The notes under the pieces were generated by a model. It was not told where the DNA came from. It ran no database searches and saw only the letters and a list, made by a program, of their open reading frames with translations. Position numbers and translations under genes: made by a program. From positions 84,320,001-84,384,000 of the forward strand of contig NC_042997.1 in assembly GCF_006345805.1 (NCBI RefSeq): a stretch of DNA of 64,000 nucleotides, written 5' to 3'. This stretch comes from Octopus sinensis (taxonomy: Eukaryota). The stretch's first letter is position 1. Every line of letters starts with the position of its first letter. Below, piece by piece: positions 54,361-64,000 of this stretch.

Positions 54361-56501
54361 ACTCACATACATACATGTGTATGTGTGTGTGCGCGCGCGC
54401 TCTGTTTACCTTTTCATGAAAAGGAGATGAATGTATTGAATAAATCCTGTTTTGGTAGTCTTAGGTCTGGACCCATATTTGTTTATGTATGTGTGTGAAA
54501 TAAACAGGTACTATCTTGGACCACGGTTTCGTTAACTTTGACCTGCTGACGACGATAAATGATAGATAAGAATAGGTTCCACTGTTGAAACGTCTTAGGT
54601 TCTAGGTTTTCTAAATCAAAGCCGACCAAGGCACAAGCAACAACAACAGTAACAACTACTACAGCACGAATAATATAATAAACACGACATCTAGTACGTT
54701 AATGAGAAGACTATGATAAAAAAGGAAAGAACAATCTCATACTGCAAATTTTGTTTCTCGGGTATCACATCTAGCAGGGTTTTTTTATACCAAAATAGTC
54801 CCACGAAAATTGTCAAGCGGGTATCCTTAGCTTCGATGTAAAATTGTCGACTTCTGTTTGTAAACAAGATTTAGGGTATTTTTAGTTTACAGATTATTAC
54901 AGCAATCACTTCAGTAGAACGTTGTATAATATCCTAGTAAACTGGGAGCCGAAACATTAGATATTTCATTTCCACACGTCAAATAAACATATCTCACGTC
55001 TTGCTCTATCCAGTAAGAGAGCCGCTATGTGGTCATCTGATCTGTTAGAAATAACATCCAAATCTTCAAATGGCATCTCATTGTCTTAAAAACGGAAGGA
55101 AGAAAACATTAGATGACACCGTCCTAGATACAATATTTGTGATAAAAAGACGTGACAGTCATCACTAGAAGAGTAGTGAAATAACTTAAATTGCGCAGCT
55201 TTGCTTTTGACAGCTCGTCAATAATTGATCAATATATATTTTATGCACAACATAATAGCTTAATTTGTGACTGCTTTATATGTCAAGTAAATATTCTATG
55301 GTAACATCTGGGGAACAAAAACTGAGTGTGTCTCTTTTAAGGCTTTCAAATACTTAAATTATTACATTTCTTCTGATTTATGCTGTGTTGATTACAAGTC
55401 ATCAAACGCATGGTAATAGTAGTTGGTGATTGCTTTTTATAGCAGCTGAATATTGTATGCTACCAATGTAAAGGAAACTCGGTATCTCTTATTTGAAGGG
55501 CGGTCAACTAACTGAAAAAAGGTCCATCAAGTATCTCTCAATCTCCTTTTTCTATACATCGAAATCTCAGAAGAAATATCTTTGCATTCCTATAATTTCT
55601 TCTCAAATCTAAAGCTTTGTAACACACACACGGTGTATTACAACGCTTTACGTATTGTCTAGTGACAATTCATAAATTCCAGTGACACATTGATGTGTTT
55701 CGCTAATTTTGCACATTTTGAAATTGATTAAATACTACAGTGAAATGACGTTGCTGAAGCTGAATATTTTGATAATTTTATTTTGATAAGATAATTTCAT
55801 TGCTATCAATATTATGATGGCGACGACGGCAACAACGACGATGTTGATGATGATGATGGAAATCATCGTTGACGCCACCATCATCATTATCGTCATTGTT
55901 ATCTTCACCCTCATCGACAGTAGTTCTAACATCGCAGTTGCTGTTAAGATTAAATTCAACTGCAGCATTAGATAAACAAACGTTGTTGTCTTTATCTTCT
56001 TTCTTAGTTACATAATAATAAGTTGATCCAAATTGTATCAGAATAATATTCTTACGTATTTCCGCTACTCATTCTTGAGAAATTTTTAGACAAAGCCACT
56101 AAAAAATATCAAGAAAGACGTTATTAAATTAATTAGATACAGCACAAAATAATGAACGCAACTAAAAATTCCTAAAGCCAAACAAATTTTGATCCAACAG
56201 TATTGTCGTACAACTTGCTGGAAATTATATCTAAATCTTTCTTAAATTGCCCTCTGCCGTCTCAGGAAAGGACGTATTGGATAACGTGTGCATGGGTGCA
56301 CTATATCTTAAAGCAGAAGTATGCTTTTCATCGTGTTAATCGTTTCGTCCGTATGTTTACGTCCGTACAATTTCACTGTACATTTTGTTGCATGCGAGAA
56401 AAGAAGATGCTGCAAGGCTCTAACTCAATTCTTTTCCATTTCGGAGGGAAAGTATGTTTGACTGGGCCTCTCACGACCCTGTAACCACACGCAGCGTAGC
56501 G

Positions 56502-56577
<76 letters not shown>

Positions 56578-57059
56578 TTAATCCCTGTATTTGGCTGATA
56601 TTTTATATTTGTCGACTCCTAGAAGAATAAAAGAAAAAAGTTGTCGTTGTTTGAACTCAAATGGCATAGAAACTAAACCATTTTTGCAAAGTATTTGTGC
56701 TACGCTCTGTTGATTCTGCTAATCTACTGCTCTATCAAACGTTATACATTAAATTACCCAGTTTGGTTTTCTATATAATGGTTTAGTCAAGAAGGGCTGA
56801 CATTTCAGGAAAGAAAGCTTGTAGTTAGTGTTGTATTGGGTGGAAGGGCTGACGTGAGAAGTAGAGGCGAGTGTGGTGGTAAGCGGGCAAGGGTGGAGAC
56901 AATAAGCAATCGCTATAATAAACAGAGAAAAGAGACAAAGCATCAGTGGGTCAGACGTTGTAATGTTATGATGAATGAGTCGCACAAAACTGTATCTATT
57001 ATCTTTTATTAGACTTTGGCCAAGCTGGGGTACCATCTTGAAGAACTTTTAGTTGCATG

Positions 57060-57325
57060 AATCGACCACAGGGCTTGCTATTTTTTAAAAATCCGGTACT
57101 TATTCTATCGTTCACTTTTTGCCGAACTGCTAATTTACGGGGAATTAATGAAAACAATACCGATTGTCAAACAGTGTTGGGGGACAAATACACACACACA
57201 TGTACGACGGGCGTCTTTCAGTTTCCGTCTATGAAATCCACTCAAAAAGCTTTGGTCGTCCAGAGGCTATATTAGAAGACACTTGCCCAAGGTCTCATGC
57301 AGTGGGTGAACCTGAACCAAGGGGC
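57060..57325 (-). mobile_element. SINE family A, partial
   Basis: gtacttattctatcg..gacgggcgtctttcagtttccgtct..gaagacacttgcccaagg. Confidence 0.8.
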
Positions 57326-57920
57326 CTGCGCTTTTGTTTATAAAAGTGTGTGTAGTGTTGACTAAATCGACTCCATCTTAAGTATCAGAATTTATTTTGT
57401 CATTTCTATGCAGTTCAAAGACAAAGCTAAATTTATCGGAATTGGATTTTGCCATTCACCCCTCTGGATTCAGGATATAAACAGTCGTAAGTGATTGCTA
57501 CTGCAATTCTGTAAGTTGATTGTTTCTGACAGTCATAAATTCCAACCATCACTAATGTTATTAAAAAAATAAAAATATTATTAACAGCATCATAATATCA
57601 GCGGAATCAGCACTCTGGGAATGTTCTAAAGTCAAACTACTGCCAAACAGAACATCGAAGTTCCAGCGAAAACATTAAACAGTTAATACAGAACAAAAAA
57701 TATTTTAGTCTTTAACTGGTTCCAACCATTCTACTGTTGCTGGAATATTTGATATACTTGCATTCTTCCATTGCTAAACTTGTATCAATGTGGAAGTAGA
57801 AAAATTATTGATTACATACACGGGGACAGTGCTAGAAATTTGTAAGACAGGACTATATGAAATATAGTTTATTCTATGAAGTACCTAAAAGCGAATGGAC
57901 AGTCGATAATATACACCGTC

Positions 57921-57967
<47 letters not shown>

Positions 57968-58519
57968 CATTTTTCTATTGACATATACATATATTAATGT
58001 TTCAGCAGACAAACGTGTGTTTCTTATTACAATTTAGCAGGAAGATGACTGGTACTGATCCTGTTATGGCTACTAAATGCTTTCTTATGAATGCAACTGC
58101 TTATACGCAACTTACCGAATTATCATTAAGGAATTACAGAAGAATCAGAAAATGCAAACATTTTCTTAGTCTCTTCAGCATATTAAAAAATTTACTGAGT
58201 GGTCGAAAAACTAAATTCCGCTGAAGAATTTTTTTAATCAAAAATCAACTTGCAGAAATGAAAATGTTAGTAGTGGTCTTAGGAACAATAATTCGGAAAT
58301 GCAAGGGAAATATTTTTTCTCTAAAGTCTTTTAGCAGAGAAGGCAACGAATATAACAGATAATTCAATATTCAATGTTTACTTACATTTTTTTTTTCGTT
58401 TTTTTTCAGTACTCTGTAAAGTTATTTAGCTGCCAACGAGACCGCAACAAACTAAGAAGAAAGGGGATATTACATTTACCTCTATCGAGCATCCGTGAGA
58501 TAAGTAAACGTCGGTTTCA

Positions 58520-58720
58520 AATTGCAATGCCAGCAATTCAGGAAAGGGGCTAAATCAATTACATCGACTCCGATATTCAACTGGTTCTTATTTTATCGAC
58601 CCCGAAATGATGAAAGGCAAGTCGGTCTTGACGGCATTTGAACTCAGAAGATGAAGACGGACGAAATGCCACTAAATATTTCGCCCGCTAGGCTAACAAT
58701 TCCGCAAGCTCACTGCCTTA
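58520..58720 (-). mobile_element. SINE family B
   Basis: atcgactcc..caactggttctta..tgaaaggcaagtcgg..atttgaactcaga..aagctcactgcct. Confidence 0.8.
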
Positions 58721-59389
58721 GAGATAGTTAAAAGCTTCGAAAGTGTATTCAACTCGGTTTCGTTTCGTTATCAATAACATTTCGTTTACATCTCTGTGTT
58801 GACAAAAATACTGTACACATAACTTTCACTTTTGTTATTTTCTGTCAGAGGCTTGGTCAATCTGGAGCACCGCCTTTAAAAGCTAAAACATAGAGGACAC
58901 TCGCAATTGAACCAAGAACTTCTCGATATGCAGTCGAACGCTCTATCACTGGGTTTGATTTTTCAAAATTAAAAAGCGAACAAAAAAAACAAACAAAAAT
59001 AAAAACAAAAACAGCACTGTTTCTGTGCTTGTAATCAATAATATACTAATATTTCACTAATCACCATTCCAGAAAACCATCGACAATACCATCATCGACA
59101 ACAATACGAACAATATCAACAAACGTCGTAGTAACAATATCTAATACACAACAGCAAAATGTCAAGAAACAAACAAAACGTTGATCACCCACATCAGTAG
59201 CAGTTAGTTCTTCATTAATATCGAATTAATAAAAGTACATTACACTTGTGTTTCAACTTTAATATTTAACATGTTGGCCGAACTAAGCAGCTTATCTTTC
59301 GTTTCATCACCAGCAACCATTTTTATTCATAGCTTCTATGAACGCGTCATTTGGCGTCATTATCAGCTATCTCTACATACATACATACA

Positions 59390-59421
<32 letters not shown>

Positions 59422-59581
59422 AAGTTATATATATAATATATATTATCTCTCTCTCTCTCTCTCTGTATACACACACAGACACAGACACACATACATAAGT
59501 TGCATATGAATACATATATGTATAGAAATAATTTTAAATGCGTCTATGTTTTTGTGAGTCTATATACATATATGTACGTAT

Positions 59582-59796
59582 ATTCTTTTACTCTTTTACT
59601 TGTTTCAGTCATTTGACTGTGGCGATGCTTGAGCATCGCCTTTAGTCGAGAAAATCGACCCCAGGACTTATTCTTTGTAAGCCTAGTACTTATTCTATCG
59701 GGCTCCTTTGTTGAACCGCTAAGTTACGGGGACGTAAAAACACCAGCATCAGTTGTCAAGCGATGTTGGGGGACAAACACAGACGCAGAAACACAT

Positions 59797-59842
<46 letters not shown>

Positions 59843-60009
59843 GCATATGCATATACATATATACGACGGGCTTCTTTCAGTTTCTGTCTAACAAATCCAC
59901 TCACAGGACTTTGGTCGGCTGAGGCTATTGTAGAAGACACTTGCCCAAGGTACCACGCAACCATGTGGTTGGTAAGCAAGCTACTTACCACACAGCCACT
60001 CCTACGCCT
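59582..60009 (-). mobile_element. SINE family A, full length
   Basis: From ttcttttactcttttacttgtttcagtcatttgactg to accacacagccactcctacgcct. Confidence 0.9.
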
Positions 60010-60169
60010 ACAAATACGTATGTATATATATATACACACACACATGCATATATGTATGTATATATAGGAAGTGTTGTATGTCTCTGTGTGTTTGTAAATT
60101 TCTTTATATAACACCACCACCAGGAATAACAGTAACAACAACAACAATAAGAATAATGTTTATGATGAT

Positions 60170-60760
60170 GATGAACAACATACGTACATTCGGTGAAGCT
60201 ATGAGAACAGTATTCGGCGTTATTGAGTGTTGTACCCTTTTCATGAAGAGAAGCAAATTTTGTGAGATGAGAAACTGAGCTCCCGGCAGGTGAAGATATA
60301 AAGTAAATTGACAAGGAAACCGAGTATAAGTATTTACAAATTGTGGAAAACTGATAATGTAGAAAAAGAAAACCAAACAAGTTGAGGACATTGTAAAAGG
60401 AATGCTTAAGAAAGCCCAAGAAGATATATAACTCCCAGCTGAACACTAAAACTGTTATCACGACTATCTACTCACGTACTATCTCAATCATCGGATACAG
60501 TGCAAGCATCAGTGGCTGGAACACCCAAAAACTACAGGATATTGATAGAAAAATTGAAAAGCTGTTGACGATATCTAATATGTTCCATAAGAAAAAAGGT
60601 GGTATTAATAGATTGTATAGAACACACGCAATGGTTGTGGTAGAGGTTTGATAAGCTTAGAGGATTGTTTTGTAATGGAAGAAGGAACGCTGTGTGTACA
60701 AACACGTACGTGTCAGAGAGTAAAGAAAAAATGTTGAGGGTACTGACATGAGAAGTAACA
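60170..60760 (+). mobile_element. R4/Dong-like RT domain fragment
   Basis: NNIRTFGEAMRTVFGVIECCTLFMKRSK (cf. FSNDIGMEFGIEKCA..KRGK), EYKYL, QDIDRKIEKLLTI and GRGLISLEDC-like motif. Confidence 0.75.
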
Positions 60761-60768
60761 TTAAATCC

Positions 60769-60832
<64 letters not shown>

Positions 60833-60846
60833 TATATATATATACG

Positions 60847-61068
60847 TACAGGGTGATTGAAAATTAATTCCCTATATTTAAAATACTTATAATTTATTGA
60901 CTATAGGCGCAGGCATGGCAGTGTGGTAAGAAGCTTTGTACTCAACCACACGGTTCCGGGTTCTGACCCACTGTGTGGCACCTTGGGCAGGTGTCTTCTA
61001 CTATAGCCTCGGGCCGGCCAAAACATTGTGAGTGGATTTGGTAGACGGAAACTGAAAGAAACCTGTAG

Positions 61069-61107
<39 letters not shown>

Positions 61108-62053
61108 TGTGTGTTTGTGTTTGTACCCCCACTTGACAACCGGTGTTGGTGTGTTTACGTTCCCGTAAGTTAGTGGTTCGGCAAAAGAGAATGATAGTAT
61201 AAGTACTAGGCTTACAGAGAATAAGTTCTGTGATAGATTCGTTCGACTAAAAGTGGTGCTCTAACATGGCTGCAGTCAAATGACTGAAACCAGTAAAATC
61301 TTAAAAGAATAAAAGAATATGATTTTTTCCTCAAATTTGTTGTGTATGTTCTTTAATGTATGGGAATGGATTCTATGTTATTTTTCAGATCGATTATTTT
61401 GTTTGATATTCAGAAACCCTACAAACATGGTCTGATCTCTTAAAAAATATCTTCTAGAGTGATGAAGTGGTATTCCACATCGGTGGATTTGTGAACTGTC
61501 ACAACTACCACTACTAGGCAGACGATCCTCGTATTACCTCTGAAAATACCATGAATGCTGAAAGGTAGCTCACCATGCTGCATGATGGAATCTGGCCAGT
61601 TACTTGGAAGAATATTGAAGATTTGATTTTTATGCAAGATGCCGCTCCTCGACATTTTGCCAATGTTGTTCGTAAATGGCTGAATGCCTACTTACTTGGG
61701 AAATGGATGGATCGTCGAGGTCCGCATGATTGGCCGACCAGAAGCCCTGATTTAACACCTTTCGGGTTGGTTAAAGGAGCAAGTCTACTTTACCAAGCCA
61801 ACGATTTTGGAAGAACTTGAAAGGCGAATACGAGAAGTTATATCTTCCATCCTACAAGAATTTCTGATGAAATCAGTTCATGCGGTTCCCGACCGGCTTG
61901 AGAAGCTGGTGGCAAATGCTGGTGCTTATATCGAATTTTGAATAAAATTTCATGTTATACGCTTTCTTTCCATATTAATTTTTTCTAAAAGTTATTGTTA
62001 ATAAATAAATTATAAGTACTTTAAAATAGGAAGTTACTTTTCAATCACACTGT

Positions 62054-62054
<1 letters not shown>
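60847..62054 (+). mobile_element. Tc1-like (DD37D/DD41D-type) element with both TIRs and an internally deleted transposase
   Basis: Left TIR tacagggtgattgaaaattaattccctatatttaaaatacttataattt matches the reverse complement of 62007-62054. ORF 61575-61820 has FMQDAAPRHFA..KWLN..KWMDRRGPHDWPTRSPDLTP. Confidence 0.88.
60904..61320 (+). mobile_element. SINE family A nested in the Tc1-like element
   Basis: From aggcgcaggcatggcagtgtggtaag to aaaagaataaaagaa. Confidence 0.9.
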
Positions 62055-62113
<59 letters not shown>

Positions 62114-62149
62114 AATATATATATATACATATATATATATACATATATG

Positions 62150-62403
62150 CGTGTGCTACTTTATTATCTCCCTTTCTTCCTAGTTCTCCTGTGTGACCCC
62201 TCTGTCCGGCATTCGCCATGGTAGATCGCGAGCCACTATACATCCTTTATCTTCTCTCCCTGATTCTTTCTGTGTTCCTTTCTGTGGAAGAGTGTAGGCT
62301 CGAAACGTTAAAGACTTTTTCCCTTCCCGAGCGTTAAACTAATACATCTGTTTGTTGTCTACACCACTTGTCTTCGTCTTTTGTTTTTTATGTGAATTCT
62401 CCC

Positions 62404-62404
<1 letters not shown>
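62150..62404 (+). mobile_element. Probable Penelope-like terminal repeat embedded in (TA)n
   Basis: Pyrimidine-rich unique block with gaagagtgtaggctcgaaacgtt, with (TA)n on both sides. Confidence 0.45.
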
Positions 62405-62462
<58 letters not shown>

Positions 62463-62671
62463 ATATATATAAATAAATATACATATATATATATACACAT
62501 GCATATGCATATACATATACATACACACACACACACACACACATACACCACACATACACACACACATATATATATATATATATTATATATATATATATTA
62601 TATATATATTATATATGTATATATTTAAAGCGCAAAAGAAAACTGACGAAAAATGCACCTAAAACAACTTT

Positions 62672-62832
62672 CGTGGTTGTATGGTAAGAAGCTTGCTTCG
62701 CAACAACATGTTTCAAGGTTCAGTCCCACAGCGTGGCACCTTGGACAAGTGTCTTCCACTATAGCCTTGGGCAAACCACAGCCTTGTGAGTGGATTTGGT
62801 AGACGGAAAATGAAAGAAGCCCGTCGTGTGTG

Positions 62833-62880
<48 letters not shown>

Positions 62881-63120
62881 CATATATATGTATGTATGTA
62901 TGTGTGTGTGTGCGTGCGCACGTGTAAGTTTTTTAGTGTCTGTGTTCGTCTCCTACCACCGTTTGACAACCAGTGTTGGCGTGTGTACGTCCCCGTAATC
63001 GAGCGGGTCGACAAAAGATACTGATAGAATTAATAATAGGCTTAAAAAATAAATCCTTCAAAGTGGTACTTCAGCATGGCCTCAGTCAAATGGTTGAAAG
63101 AAGTAAAAGAATAAAAGAAA
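62672..63120 (+). mobile_element. SINE family A, full length
   Basis: gtggttgtatggtaag..ggttcagtcccac..gcatggcctcagtcaaatgg..aagtaaaagaataaaaga. Confidence 0.88.
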
Positions 63121-63399
63121 AGATTGTATAGCGCATAAAAAATGCATTTGAATTTGAGATTTATTTTAAGCAAAGGAAGTCAATCAGAAAACACATAGTT
63201 AAAGAGGATACACATTACCACTACATCGGTTACGTGGTGAGAGAGAAGACTGTGACCTACTGGTATCAGAGTGTAAGAACCTGGTGCGGATACAATACAG
63301 GGACTCGAAAAATATGGCAAAATAATAAGCATTGATGCATTGATGACTTTGTAAAACGTACAATTACAACAGTAAGAAACGTAGTATAAACGTTGACCA

Positions 63400-63650
63400 A
63401 TGAAAGTTGTTTTCGATAAAGCAAACTATTTTCTTGCATGTCTGGACATAAAAATCAAGACAAACAAGGAACTGGAAGTAGATATGCTACAGAGAGGTAA
63501 TAGAACTTATATGGGATTAGATGTAACCAGCCCTCTTGACATCAAGGTGAGGGAAAAAGAAAGATATAGACACCAAGAGATAAAGAAGGAGTTAAAAAGG
63601 CTTTGGAACTGTAAGGAAGTAAGGTTAATTGAATCTCAAGGTACAGTGTT
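63400..63650 (+). mobile_element. R4/Dong-like RLE endonuclease fragment
   Basis: LDVTSPLDIKVREKERYRHQEIKKELKRLWNCKEVRL (cf. IDVACPFDTRVKEKE..KYQDLKREIKRLWNC). Confidence 0.75.
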
Positions 63651-63689
63651 TGAAAATATCACCAAACGTTCTTCTATAATCATAAGTGA

Positions 63690-64000
63690 CACGGAGTTAG
63701 TGAGCCCACCGGTTTCGTCTACTGAACATGAAGCCGCTAACCGTCTTCACGTATTCAACACATGCCCTAGGATTCTAGCTGTGTCAAGAAGACACACTTT
63801 CTATTGTAGTGCACCATTCAGGTGACAACTCTCCAGCCCATGAGACTGTTTGGGCTGTTGATACTGTTAAGGGTTTTATAAGGTCGGAGTGCAAACGTAT
63901 CTGTTTTAGTTGCCATTTACGACACGCAGAGAAGACGTTGGGACTATTCTTTGACATACCGATTCCCACCTAGCCTGTGATGCTGAAGTCAAATGGTTTG
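63690..64000 (-). mobile_element. Possible RTE-like LINE 3' fragment
   Basis: Minus-strand WQLKQIRLH and RPYKTL in adjacent frames resemble the RTE terminal WQPKH..GRPYKT motif. Confidence 0.4.

Noticed and set aside
57997-58224. 75-aa ORF in unique sequence
   Set aside because: No recognisable domain, and the length is within chance expectation for AT-rich DNA.

Overview
This is eukaryotic, AT-rich, gene-poor DNA, either intergenic or deep intron. Its microsatellite load ((TA)n, (CATA)n, (ATCT)n, (ATT)n, (CA)n) and recurring tRNA-headed SINE families match what I recall of Octopus genomes; that species assignment is from recall, not a search. I found no intact host protein-coding gene, rRNA, tRNA or CRISPR array. 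Most ORFs in the supplied track are microsatellite translations. The rest are decayed transposons: an internally deleted Ty3/Gypsy LTR element, Tigger/pogo, hAT (Buster/Charlie), two mariner, two Tc1-like (maT-type) elements, a possible piggyBac remnant, L1/Tx1-like LINE pieces, many R4/Dong-like REL-LINE pieces, RTE and CR1 3' ends, Penelope-like termini, Helitron/HINE-like elements and about 30 SINE copies or fragments. The most interesting signals are: (1) several unrelated repeat ends carry minimal hammerhead-ribozyme-like motifs with a palindromic stem III; (2) different retroelement families sit in different microsatellite types; (3) a 77-bp inverted repeat (72/77 identical) brackets much more decayed LINE DNA; (4) SINEs form concatemers and closely spaced inverted pairs that could make dsRNA. 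Boundaries were read by eye and are approximate unless stated as exact.
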